From the NCBI GenBank assembly GCA_903813345.2, contig CAIIXF020000001.1, positions 17,050,001 to 17,114,000 of the forward strand: a stretch of 64,000 bases of DNA. Reading direction: 5' to 3'. Positions 22,982 to 36,075 of this stretch are shown here, in pieces; within the stretch, counting starts at the first letter, position 1; each line of letters opens with the position of its first letter. The notes under the pieces were generated by a model, which made no database searches, was not told where the DNA came from, and worked only from the letters and a program-made list of their open reading frames with translations. The position numbers were made by a program, and so were the translations under genes. Source of the stretch: Owenia fusiformis. Taxonomy: Eukaryota.

Positions 22982-25900
22982 ATGAAGTACATCACAGAAG
23001 GATCAAATAACATTACATTGGATATAGATGTTGCAGACAGCAAAAGTAGGTACCTAGAGATCATTTGCGCGGTCCTGTAACACTTATCATTGGGGGCCCC
23101 ATCATTCAATCGATCTTTGTGTCAATTACAAACAACATTGACATGAGAAACATGGCACAATATCAGAATATAGCGGTGAGATATTAGCATTCGGCTAGCC
23201 ACTGTAAGTCCTTTTTATTGCTTCTTGTCAGCCATTAATGATTATTTCAAAGTTGAAAAATGAGGCAGGATATTTGGTCATGAAATAAACGTCCATCAGC
23301 CCGGCTTGGCCAACCCCAACCTCGGAATAATCGCCAGTCGCCCGTGACACATGAAAATCTAATTGAAGCGACGGTTATGTCCGCCATTTGTGACAACGGT
23401 GGTATCTGACTTTACCGTCGCCGTTGTCAGGCTATTCCGGTGTGCGTAAAATGATATAAAATATGTTGAGCGTATAATTAGCGAGAAACCCTGACGGATA
23501 TTCACCACATCAGTCTTATTTAGGTATCGTTGGAAAGCTGGCTGCTTGCGACAATGAGATCTTTACTGGATGGGGTGACCACGGAGGACTTTTGGACAAC
23601 ATTCATATAGCTGAAACCATAGATGAAATAGCAAACAAAGCAATTGGTTTCATCTTCAAGGTATTTTTATTTGACTGTAGATTCAATAAGCGGTGCACAA
23701 GGGTGCTAAACTGCTAAATGAAAAACTCATGCCCAGTGAGTGTTATAAACGAGAGAAAAACTGTTCCAAACCATGGGTCCGCATTGCAAGAAACGACTGT
23801 ATTTGTTTGTAACGGTCGATTCCCTTTCAGTAATTATTATGTTATTTTGGGTTTCGAGGTTTTAACTGTTAGAATATAATTTGATTTTGCGTCGCTTGTT
23901 GATGAATCATGATAAAGTGTATGGTTGTGCCGCCCGAAACCAAATCATGTAATAATTCATTACACCACATTTTCTTTTTTGAAGGATCCAGAGACGAGCC
24001 TTGTTGTGATGAGTGGATGTGGGACATCTGGTCGTTTAGCCTTTATGGCTGCAGTAAGTATATTCTCAGGTCGACGAGATCTGATGTCATAAGGAGCAAC
24101 CTGTATCTCCTTTTTCCGTTTGACGTTTTAGGCCCTCTGTTTGGCGTCAATAAGTAAAAAGCCAAGATCCTCTATTTTTAGGAACATTTTTAAAATTCGC
24201 AATTATATGTTGAAAGCCCATGAGTAACTTTACGTCACTTATGGTTCCAATAGTGGCGGATCCGGGCGGGGTGGGGCATGGAGCCCGCCCCCCTTTTAGT
24301 TTCCCAGAATTCTTCAAAGGAAAAGGGCGTGACTTTGTGTCTGTTCGTTCCGAATAAATATTCTGTTTCCATAGTAATACATATTATTAATTTATTGTTT
24401 GATACATTTCTATCTCTAGAGATCTTTCAATGAAAAGCTGAGAGGAGCAGGTATAACTGATTGCTTCAGATATATCATTGCTGGAAAGGACAAGTATGTA
24501 TGTTATGTTATGTTATGTAATGTTATGATATTATGGATGTACAATTATAAATTAATTGTTTAAATGCATTCAAAATGCTAGGTTATTAAGTAGGGTATTT
24601 TCAGGGCGCTATTTACTTCCCAAGAAGCGTACGAAGATGATCCACATCATGGCATCGACGCACTGAAGGAGGTGATACACATCATTTAAAGCATGTATAT
24701 CTACTAGATTCAAAACATAAGTCAGTGTATAATAAGGGTTAAACAATTACTTGAATAATTTAAAACTGATTCCATCTGTTTAAAGGTCTGTTTTTGACAA
24801 ATATGGTTGTAATCGATTTCACTGAATCTAGGTCAAGGCCAAAATAACCATTCATCTGGTGTTGAATATAGAATGGCTGTTCTGTGTTCTGATTTGCCAG
24901 CCTAGCCAAGCATGCATTTTAACTCTCTGTGTATTAATTTACTGTTATTTTAGGTAAATTGTCCTACTTGCGTAAGCGTTACATTAAGAGTAAAATTAGA
25001 TTTTTTCTTTAGATCTGTGCTGGAAAACAGAATGTCCTGTACATTGGTATAACGTGCGGTCTATCTGCCCCCTTCGTGGCCGGACAGTTAGATTACTGCA
25101 TGGATAATCCAAATAGATTCATCCCTGTTCTAATGGGATTTAATCCTATAGAGATGGCACGGGATATTCCGATAAGAAATTGGGACAAAACATTCCTTGA
25201 TGGTAAGTGGATTTAATCCCGTAGAGATGGCACGCGATATTCCGATAAGAAATTGGGACAAAAATTATTGGATGGTAAGTTAGTCTCAGATATTGTTCAG
25301 ATAATATAATACTGTGTCGTTATTGAACAATGATAAACTCGTCCAAATTGTATCACCAGATCTATTCTGAGATTCTTAGATGTATTTGACATTTTATATT
25401 AATTCTTGAATTTGTTGGAATTTCTCAATGTTCAAATACTGTCACAGATATATTTTAGTAATTGTTTTTTTCAACATTTCTAAAATGTCCGGCAATTGAG
25501 GGAACATGGGTTCGATCCTCACTGGGTTGGACCTTTTCACATCAGCCCCTAGCAGAGGATTTAATTCTGTTTGTTTCAATACTATAGTATTCCGATTTCA
25601 TTCTTTGTTTTCATTAACTTTGAATATTTGGGGTTTATCACACAAATCTGAAGTTAGATCTTGTGTGTTACTTACAGTTGCTCGGAGATTAGAAACTCTT
25701 TCAAAAGCAGGGGACGGATACATACTCAACCCTGTAGTTGGAGTAAGTGAACTTTTTCGCAAATCTATATCAATCTCATAACAATAATGAAAAAATACTC
25801 TAGATATTTAATCAGAAGCAAGTTTTTTAAAGGTTCATGTCGTTCCAATACTGCTTTTGTATATTGAATATCAATTTTGATTGATGTTTTAGCTCACATT

Positions 25901-28900
25901 GTGCGAGCTATTATATTCATTTTCTGCTTTTTTGGCGTTCATTTATAGCCTGAACCCATTAGTGGGTCAAGTAGAATGAAGAGTGGGACCACTACGAAGA
26001 TATTATTGGAGACCATTTTTGCTCAATGCTTTTCCAAACTCATTCTGAAACAAAAGTGGTAAGTCTGAAGTTTCTCAATATCTACCAATACGATACTATG
26101 TCATTCAATGATTCGAGTAAAACACAGAAAATACTACAAACGCCTATGAAAGTATATATTTCACAAAACGAACGATGAATCGAATTGCGTGACAATACAC
26201 CATGATATATTTACGTCACATGTGGGGCAAATTGAAAGTTCACACGAATCCAATAATCACAAATGTCTATTTTGGCGGTTCATGCCTTAGCTTATGGTAC
26301 AAATCTGCTTGCTATATTTGTATAATTCATTTTTTCGTTTAAGTGTGTTTTACCTGAGACTAACATAAAATTTTATGATGGTCTCAGGTTTTACTTACTG
26401 GTATTTATTATACATCTGAAGTCATGTTTTTTATATTTTAGTTCATCTAAGTCAGTGTTGAATTGCTACGAAACCATAAGAAAAGCAACATATAAACAGT
26501 CAGAGAAAATTGGTTCCATTGTAGCTATGTCAGGAGAGGGGTAGGTTCTTTGCATTTCCTATTTATTATAGGTCTTTAGTTTCAGACGCCTTGCTTGGCA
26601 AGACAATTCTTACTTATACTATCATATAGAGAGGAGCGATGATTGCATAATATTATCAAATTGTTTGTGTTATCATTTGGTTGATTAATGTAATGAATAG
26701 TATGATTATGTTACCACGAGTCAATAATAAAGAGTTTTTTCTTCGAGGATGAGTTTTTGCGAGGCATTGTTAAACATTTCATTTGATCTTTGCTTCAGTC
26801 TCAAACATGGTGGCCATATATATTACCTTGGGATGGGGAGTCTTGGTATAGTTGGTATGATAGACGCCTCAGAATGTCCCCCGACTTTTGGTGCAAGTAG
26901 GTCCTTAATTATGTTCATATCACTAATTATCAATTATGATACTCATCATCTTGATTCATCAACCTTTTCCCAACATTTTATGTGTTTTACAATTGCAGCT
27001 TTAGACGATATCCGTGGTTTCATAAATAATGGTTTTGAAGCATTTGGAAACGAAGAAGGGGACATAACTCACATGGTAAAATGTATTATCGTGAAAATAT
27101 ATTTATTATATTAAATGTAATGTGTAATTACAATTTCCAAATTTTAACGTATTCTGTAATTGACTTTTTTAGGGCAGACATTTTAGAATATCATTCCGCA
27201 ACTTTGAGCAAGACATATCTCCTAATTTATCGAACAAGGACACAGTGATTGTTCTACAAACACAGGGTATGTTTTCGGTGCAGTGAATAATGTTTGTTCA
27301 TCAATCACTTTGTTAATGTAACTATTATAATTGAAGCATTGACCCATGGGCGTAAAAGAGGAGTATATTGATTTCGCAAGGCTGATGGGCGTTTATGTGT
27401 TTTGTGTTTTGCCTTATTTTTTAATTTTGTACACTGACAAGAACAAATCACTTTTATGGTGTCTACAGTAGTATTGTTTCTATGAATAGAAAGCACTTGG
27501 AGGAGTAACTTGGCATAGGAAAAACAAAATATTACAATCCCCGAAAAACTAAATGAAGTGTAAATCACATGTCAAAAAGTGTTTTCTTACTTACAATACT
27601 TAAAATACATTAGCTGACCATGGTTCTATATTTTCAGACAATCAAGTTCCTAACCTGAAAACAGGTAATGCCAAGACAATCCTCATAAACTACAAAGACT
27701 ATACAAAACCAAACAACACTCAGGTTTGTGATTGTTTGTCTTTCCAGCATTATCCAATAATGTTAACAATTTGAAGTGAATACCTGATCACCTTGAATGA
27801 CAAGTTTCGTTCAGATGAGTGGGTGCAATAATTAAAATGTGAAGAACATGTCCAAATAGAGCAAGACATGAGGAAAATGTATGTTTAGATATAACTTTGT
27901 TATTTAGAAAGCTTTCTGTTGAAAGTTTCTAACGAACGGTTGTATATTGTGTAGGTATCTCAACCGCATGATTGGCCCAAAGCCTCCATAACATTAAACA
28001 TGGATCTTCCATGGGATGAGTGTGAAGAGCTGATTGGTGCTGATCTGTTGTCCATGTGTTGGATGTCTCTAGTGGAGATATCCTCAAAGTGGATATGCAA
28101 CGCCATAAGCACAGGGGCTCATATCATGATTGGAAAGATATACCAGAATATCATGATAGATGTCAAGGTCAGGTAGGATGAGTTCCATTCCTGACATGAA
28201 TTCATGAATCGACATGATATATTTGAATAGTAAGTTCTGAAGATTCTTTTTTAAAGTTATTTTCAACAAAGACACGGAAAAGATAAAAAAATAAACCCCA
28301 AACATCCCAAACTGTTATCTAACTCAAGAAATATTATCACACTACCAGGAGGCAATTCATACTGAAGGCAATACAATAAATGCAATACATGTTCAAAGCC
28401 CGGGGTTCTAAGATCTCTTGACATTGTCAAACTGGTTGAATGGTTGTAGAAAGTACCATTTCTGGAAGAACATTAAGGTTTTGTTTCCAATAAATTAAAA
28501 TGTAAGACCATGTGTAGAATATTCTATGGCGAGTTGCACACAAGCCTTAAAAGCTTCTTTCCAAATATATGAAATTTTGCTTTTCAGTAACCAAAAGCTT
28601 TACCACCGTGCCATCTCGATCATTCAAAAGTTGGTAGGATCGTCAGAAACCGAAGCCGAAAATGCTCTCATTTGCTCAGTTTTTAAATGTGATGATCCTT
28701 CTGCAAGACTGAGGGACACAACTGTAGAAGAACGGATTGCTATAGCTACACCAATGGACAGGGTAAAAGTCAATATTATTGTTGAAAATCCCCCCCCAAA
28801 AAATATGTAAATATCTCTCTTTGACAGAAATAACTACTTCTTCTAAAATGATATCTAAAGCGATTGTACACACACAATAAAGTCTATATCAATTGTACTC

Positions 28901-29211
28901 GTATTGATCATATATTAGATGACAAACCACTTTAGTAACATTCGAACAATATTAAATATGTAATGATCGAGTGAGCCTGTGGCCCATCCCATAGATCTTC
29001 TCTGTATAGTTGGCCAACTAATAGCTCATTTTGGTTAGCATTGCCAGTGTTATGAAAGTGAAGTAGAATCATTGAATGTTTTTATTTTCTTCAGGTAGTA
29101 CCAGTTGCTCTATTGAAGGCAGCATTAAAGTGCTCCATCCAAGACGCAGAGAAACTGTTAGATGATAACCCAGTTGTCAGAACTGCCATAGAGAATTGCC
29201 TAATGAAATAG
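22982..29211 (+). CDS. GCKR: Glucokinase regulatory protein-like (tandem SIS domains, MurQ-related), 579 aa
   Basis: 16 exons: 22982-23045, 23524-23660, 23985-24053, 24420-24493, 24605-24671, 25013-25202, 25678-25742, 25949-26058, 26442-26540, 26799-26896, 26999-27075, 27173-27266, 27638-27723, 27955-28172, 28588-28762, 29095-29211 (1740 nt). Motifs ITEGSNNIT, SGCGTSGRLAF, GITCGLSAPFVAGQLD, GFNPIEMAR, LNPVVGPEPISGSSRMKSGTTTKILLE, KWICNAISTGAHIMIGKIYQNIMIDVKVSNQKLYHRA, in the same order as vertebrate GKRP. Confidence 0.93.
23350..23444 (-). mobile_element. Solo terminal fragment of the CAC...GTG MITE family at 33077-33598
   Basis: Near-exact reverse complement of 33077-33162, with two small insertions. 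Located in GCKR intron 1. Confidence 0.75.
25136..25280 (+). repeat. Tandem duplication (73 + 72 bp) of the 3' end of GCKR exon 6 including its splice donor
   Basis: Both copies read GGATTTAATCC...GAGATGGCACG.GATATTCCGATAAGAAATTGGGACAAAA...GATG|GTAAGT. Confidence 0.9.
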
Positions 29212-29418
29212 ATGTCGTTAGAAACTTACCTTGTCTACCAAAGTGAAATGTCCAAACTAATACTCAGAGATAGGCTGTAATACATTCATTTACACGTCCA
29301 TAGATCATTGCCTAATGACTAGTGAAATAGATGTCGTTAGAAACTTACAGTGTCGCAACAAAGTGAAATGGCCAAACTAATAATCAGAGATAGTCTACAA
29401 AACATTTATTTACACGTC
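29186..29418 (+). repeat. Tandem duplication (~112-120 bp) spanning the GCKR stop codon
   Basis: CCATAGA..ATTGCCTAATGA...GAAATAGATGTCGTTAGAAACTTAC...CAAAGTGAAATG.CCAAACTAATA.TCAGAGATAG...ATTTACACGTCC occurs twice. Confidence 0.85.
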
Positions 29419-30047
29419 CCTGGCCCCGCTTCAAATTTAGTGTAGATCCTATTATCATCAATATAAAGAAAATAATATTTTTCATATAGGCTACCACATT
29501 TTGTTATACCTTTTGTAACTTTCTTAGTCTTAAATAATACAGTACTACAGTCGTGCCAGTGTTCGTTAGCTAGAGCAGCATACAAAAACGCTATAAACTC
29601 ATAACATGCATGTTTTTGGTATTCATTTGCCAAACCCCATTCACAATTCGTTGTACATTCTATAATATATACAAAGCAAAAAAATGTATATCATTGTAGT
29701 GTTCCGTGTGATGAGGTTTCTGTTCATTTTGAAATACATTTGATATTCAATCTGAGATAAACTTGAATACAAACACATTGATCATATAACCTCTAATAAA
29801 CTCATTGAATTCCTTTGATGCATTGTTTACCTCTCAAGTTGCTATATAATATAATATATTGGTCCTCAAACGAAGGTCTTATAATCTTTTAAGTATCATT
29901 GAGTTTCATTTTATATTACATTTCTATCCTTATCTCTTCCGAACATTAAGAGCAAATGAAATGCATTTATAATTCATCAAATGCCTCTGATATTGACTTC
30001 AGTCTCTGCAAACTTTCAATGACATCAATCACAAACCGTTTGCTATT

Positions 30048-33000
30048 TTAATGGTCATGGTGAAAACTATAAGTATGACTGAAAATGTCCGCCAAACAAG
30101 CACTAGAATGAAATCTGAAGAAAATGCGCAATGGATCGGTGATATGGTCCAAGATTGCCCATGCAACGTGTCCAAACACCTCGGCCTCAGGTTCATTGAC
30201 GCCTGCCTGTTTAACTTGGATACTTTGAGTTATCCAGAGAGTTACATTGCCGATGATTAGGAATGTCACGATGCCCCGACCTGGTTTGTCTAAAAAGTGA
30301 GATTTTGTTCCTAATCTCCTTCTCAGAGCATCTGTGATGAATACTATTTGGGCTAGAGCTTGAATACTAGATAATAGCGATTCAGCCAAATGGAGGCCGT
30401 GTGCCACTGGAGCCTTATCCCAGCTAGTTATTGCTGCCATCAATCCGAAAAGATCATTCGCAACTAGACCAACAAGTCCTATCACAAGAAGGGCATTTTC
30501 GATGTCATCTGGTAATGCCATCACATAAAGTTCTTTCAACTTGTAGATGGCTAGTATAACAGCAACGAGTAGTATCGCGAGCATCCCAATCTCGGTAATA
30601 TAATATGCGTATATAGCGTTCGTATATTGTTGCTCCTCCTTTAGCAGAACCATGTACATAATCAAACCAACCACACCAAGGATGAAGATAATAAGCCCCG
30701 CAAATATTCCCTTATTAGCCTTGGTACAATCAACTGAATTTTCTACAGGATGATGATCTGCATGGTTCCTTTCTGATCCATCTGATTCTGAAGATGGCTT
30801 AACCGCCAGCCCAATATTTGTAAAGATACGGAAGCTCAACGCTGCGGCGATGATGCTATATTCTATGATGAAAGGGAAGAGATAGGGAGCGACACTATCA
30901 ACGATGGACTTTCCTCTGTCACATCCAGTCACGACGCTGCTGTGACCACCGCCACCTGCTTCCACAAACATGACAGAATCTTCAGGAGAGCTGTATAAAT
31001 GACCTAAATTGAAAATGAAAGATGGATTAGCAACTAAGGAGCAAAATGGAAGTAATATGGTGGCAAATTATTTAGACTGATCTTGATTGATCATTCAACA
31101 AGTTCCGCACTTAACAAAGTATATCCACGGATATAACCAACACGTTGAAATTAACGTACCAGATGAAGAATTATCAGAGATGTGACCGTGTTCCTCGATT
31201 GTTTCAAGAGCTTCACTAATAATAGCTCTGACCCAAACGCACATGTTAGTGGCCAGAACATGCAGAAGTCCAAATGCAACAATGTTCCTGTACTTGTAAA
31301 CGCACAGCTGTATAATAAAGGTACAAGTATCACGTTTAACAACATTTGTGTGAGATATAAAAAATCGATTTCTAGTAAAACGATCGTTTGTCTTCTGTTT
31401 CCAGAACTCATCAACAACTAGTTTCTACTATAAATTGTGAATGGATGTGTTCAGATTTGGTATATTTTATATCGTACATAAGTAGTGCTTACCCCTGAAT
31501 TTTTGAAGAGGAAGAAAGTTTGCAGGAATGTGAAAAGAAGGCCACATCCGACATCTACGGACATAACAACGTTTCTGCATTCAGGTCCAGCTAGATTAGC
31601 CAGATTCAAGCCGTTGAACAACAACTTTCCAAGACCAAAACCTAAGGAAAATACAACTAATGATTCACCATGTGTTCTGAGATAAAACCGACCCCATGAT
31701 GTCACGGATTAGTCCTGGTTCAATTTGAGTAATTAACTTTCTCGAAAAAGTTCAGAAGAAAACGTTCCAACAATATTTTACAACCATATTTAGAAAAATA
31801 CTATTTACCAATGGCGCCAACTCGTATGTAGAATCCAGCTCCATGCTTACTCTGTTCGAAAGGTATCTCTTCTTCAGATACTGTGGTAGTTATTGAGTGT
31901 CTATGTAGTGTCATTTGTGAACCAAGATCACTCGGATCTATCTCCTTGAAACTAGACTCTATGCTTCCGAGTCTAGAGGCCCTTCTAGTGGCTATTACTT
32001 CTTTCTTCTTGACTTTCTTTTCACGTAAAAGGACGAACTGTATGATTAGCATCACAATTATTGATACCACAGACATGTAAATGTTGAAGCCCTAAAAAGC
32101 ATATGATATCAAACAAATGAACTCGAAGTAGATGATAACTTTCAATAGGACTGTGAAGATACAGTTTCCAAAAATTAAGCAAAAACTTGAAACCTAAAAG
32201 GGCAACTAGAAAATGGCGATTTAGCAACACAAAATAAACCAAACAATAATATGCTGAAGTTGAGGCGTTAAGTTCTCCGAACTCTTAATTCAGGAAACAA
32301 TCAAAGGATTAGAAAGAGAATGCAAAATGTTGGAAATGATATTTTCAAAACTGTATACCAGCGTTATCTTTACAATCCTTGTTTCATTTTCTGAAAACGA
32401 ATTCAAATATCTGATCAAATATTGAAGGTATCGAAGATTATTAGTTACCAATTATTCATTAGTATAGAAAAAGGGACATTTTGTTCTTTAATCTTTTTGC
32501 CAGACAATTGTGACTTTATATCAGGATAATCCTTCGAAAATTAACAATTATCATGATGAAATCTTACAATTTTTGATAGCGCGACTTACCCCAACATAGT
32601 CTAGCTTGAGCCATTTGTTTGTGAGTGCCTCAGTGACGGGAAAGACGAGCCCGAGTAGCCCCATTAAGAGACAGTAGAATGCCGCGATGTGGTATAAGTT
32701 GTCTCTGTTCCCTCTACAAGGAGAAATACAAAAATTCTTAACCATATATATTTTGATTGAGGCCTAGAGATTCAAATACGGTTTTAGTAAATATTATGGT
32801 CATTTATATTATAATATTGTTCGCATCGACATTGATTTGTTTTACTCGTTGGTTGTTTCATGTTTATGTAATTTTGCTCTTCGAATGTGTCATAGATAAA
32901 TCACTTGGGGTTGTCCATGTTCTTGTATACAACAATAGAGCCTACATGACCGTGAACATTTTACTCAGTTCATAGTTCGTGAACTATTAAAGTATCATCC

Positions 33001-33844
33001 TCACAAACGTGGCTTTTCACAGATTAATCTGTTGGTACAAATGATATGATATCATCTAATATGTGTATATAATATTCACCCCGGATTAGCCTGACTACGG
33101 TAAAGTCAGATACCGTTGTCACAAATTGCGGACATAACCGTCGCTTCAATTAGATTTTCATGAACTGTATGTTTAATAGAGTACCTAGACTAAATTCCTT
33201 TGGAACAACAATCAATCAAAGTGTTATAATACTCATTGTACAGTTAATAATGTTCTACCATCGAAATAAAGTCTTTAATTTAACCCGATCAAAATGAGAT
33301 ACGGGACAACGGACACTGTAATTACCATATGCCGTTGTCTTTCTAAATTACTCAAATTCAGATTCCGTTGTCATTGACGATATCGAAGAGGCTATATTGT
33401 GGCGATTCACGACCCAATTTGATCGAAAATGGGATTTCATATGATACATTATCACAAGAGCTCAATGCATGCACAGAATTAACGACGATGAAATCCTATG
33501 AAATGAGGACCAAGTGATTAAACAGTTGAAGCGACGGTTATGTCCGCCATTTGTGACAACGGTATCTGACTTTACCGTAGTCAGGCTATTCCGGTGTGAT
33601 ATTGGTACGCTTGAATTTCAAAGTTCTGTAAGTAGTTAAACACGAAGAATAAATAAGTAATTCATGAAACGGTTACTCACTCCTTTTTCATTGCACTGAT
33701 TTTCTCTGGCGAGTGATGGCTAACGATAATTGAACCAGATCTGGGCAGTGGTGATGTAAAACCATTCAACTCGTCATTTCCGTTTTGGTCTCGGACTTTT
33801 GGCGCCAACGTCCAATTTTGGTTTAGACTCACTGTTCCTGACAT
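30048..33844 (-). CDS. Otop: Otopetrin-family proton channel, 607 aa
   Basis: Exons 33844-33681, 32713-32590, 32091-31809, 31641-31493, 31307-31160, 31003-30048 (1824 nt). Motifs HGAGFYIRVGAIGFGLG, FTFLQTFFLF, FGLLHVLATNMCVW, PYLFPFIIEYS, DCTKANKGIFAG, KPGRGIVTFL, PLRIFFRFHSSACL, plus many hydrophobic segments. Confidence 0.93.
33077..33598. mobile_element. 522-bp MITE with ~70-bp TIRs, CAC...GTG termini and apparent 5-bp TSD ATATT
   Basis: Left CACCCCGGATTAGCCTGACTACGGTAAAGTCAGATACCGTTGTCACAAAT is the reverse complement of the right end. ATATT at 33072-33076 and 33599-33603. Confidence 0.8.
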
Positions 33845-34396
33845 AGTTTTCGCATCGGAAACGTTTATGTATCCTAGAAGATGAGTGAGAAATAAATCCT
33901 CCAAATCATTACATTACAATCATATACGTTTTGAAAAATATTCACAAAACTTATGATTTTATATTAGAAATGGAATTTTGTTCAAAAATCGAAAATAACA
34001 TCAGTTAATTAAATAAGTTTGTAAGACCACAATTCATTTCATAACTGTGTTGTGTTTGTTTACATCTGTTTATCGATCCAGGAAGGAGTGGCTATTTGCA
34101 AAATAGATGTCTTGTAACTAAATAACTACGTATTAATAAAACTAAACATATTTATATCACGCAGAATATCACCCGTTTATGTCATTCACACTTTCCTTTG
34201 CTTTTGAGCTTGCAACAAGCATGTGTCGTAATTGGTGTTTACATAATAACATTATCTATTGCTATACATTTTACATTAAACGGATTATAATTGTCCAATT
34301 AAATTCAATTGTAAAAAGTTAAAAAAACAATACAAAATGCATTTATTACGTTTGCAATTCTATTTTGCACAGATGAATTAAAGAAAGTAGACTAAC

Positions 34397-34550
34397 CTTG
34401 ATCACCTTTCTTTGATTTCCCTTGTCCTCACACTGGCCATCAAATAGGATTTGAGATAAATACGTGCGTATACAAAGCGGGATACAAAGATGATAATGTT
34501 ATCTCTCTCTCTCTCTCTAAACTTGAAACTTTGATGGGTTATATATATGT
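34397..34550 (-). promoter_or_regulatory. Putative non-coding first exon and TATA region of the otopetrin gene
   Basis: Minus-strand donor AG|GTTAGT at 34397/34396, a (GA)n tract, and a TATATATAA-like box near 34540. Acceptor at 33874 precedes the ATG at 33844. Confidence 0.45.
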
Positions 34551-35189
34551 TAAAGATTTATAAGACAACATGTTCAAAAACTGTTTTGCTTCAAATTTTT
34601 GGTTTGTAAAATAAAAAGATTGCAGTAAATATTGTGATTATGTGAATGATACGGTGTAAGTTCAATAAAATATGAGCGTGATATAGACAATATGTTTGAG
34701 TTTAAGAAAAGGCATTATCTAGGCATATACTACAAAGATAGCATTCGAACATAATATTAGCGCTGCAATCCTATTACTCTTGTTAAACGTCATGGAGACA
34801 GTTGTGAGGGTTGTTCAATAAATATTAATACAATTGTTCTCATTTTCATGTCCATCAAGAAATCTTGTAGAAAGTATCAGTGATTGAAGATCAATAGGGC
34901 CACATATTATTTATTCATGTTAGTTTTAAAGTAATGTGACATATAAAGTAAAGGATATCGCTAAAAATTATCTAGCAGTTCAGTCCAAATCTACTTAGTG
35001 GCCATTTGTCTATTTTGTGTTGCAGTAGTGGGTGCCTGAAAAGCTTATATTAGAGATGACCTAAAGGTTTGGAAATATCAAAACAGTGAAATAATTGATA
35101 AGATAGATCCATAAAGAAGGGATATGGATTAACAAATAGCAACAATGATCAAGAGATACAATGAATAAAATGAAATACCTTTAAATCAT

Positions 35190-36075
35190 TTTTATGTCAC
35201 CACTTTTTTGGTTGGGGTGGTCTCCGTTTTTTTGACCGCGGTTGGTGGTTGGCGGTTGGCGTCTGTAACAAATTCTTACAACTTCCAATAACCAGAGACA
35301 TATAAAATGTGTTATTTGTCTCTGCAATAACTTAACAAATACTGACTTCAATTTTTTTCAAAATCATCTACAAGTTTTCAAAAGTTCAAATCTGACTAAA
35401 TACATTTAAGATTTAACCTTCAATGACCTTTTCAAGGTCAAAAAATGCAACGAATGGCAAGCAAACAAATTGGACATGACCGTCTCCTCTCGATTAATTG
35501 TCCTGCCTTAGGTCCTAACCTATCATTAACCAACCCATCGTTTCTACGGGAATCTATCCTAATTTTTTACTGAAATTTAACAATTTCGAAACAAAAATGA
35601 TTTGTTATTGTCATAGCTTACTGAGTACTGAACACGATATAATGTTACATGCGTTCTCTTATCGGGATTAAAAGTGACTTACCATTTCAGTACACCCATC
35701 GACGATGTTTGTGTGTTTAATTTATTGCGTTTCATATGAATGAACTTAATGCAATGTTACATGCGTTTTTTTCCAAAGTGACTAACCAGGATGAAATTCA
35801 TTGGTCTTCTAACAACTGAAACATCACTTAAAAATATGACATTACACACCACGACGATGTAACGTTTTCATCGTGATTTGAAATGATTAATTATACGTTT
35901 TTAAATCACGACCTAGTAAAGGTACTATAGTCATAGGATTCCCAGTTTTAGTTTTACTTCTAATTTTGCATTTTTTCATCTTTATGTAAAAGACCGTCAG
36001 CCGACCACCGACCACATGTACCCAACTGTGGAGAGTGACTGGTCGGTGATCGGTGGTCGGCGGTCGGTGTTTTTC
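35190..36075. mobile_element. Degenerate Helentron/HINE-like fragments (TGTCACCAC end motif, GGTCGGC/GGTTGGC micro-repeats)
   Basis: TTTTATGTCACCACTTTT at ~35190, then GGTTGGCGGTTGGCG; CCGACCACCGACC and GGTCGGCGGTCGG at ~36000-36070. The same motifs occur at 17870-17961 and 61572-61690. Confidence 0.4.

Noticed and set aside
25490-25545. tRNA gene suggested by the B-box-like GGTTCGATCC
   Set aside because: No cloverleaf can be built. At most a decayed tRNA-derived SINE fragment.
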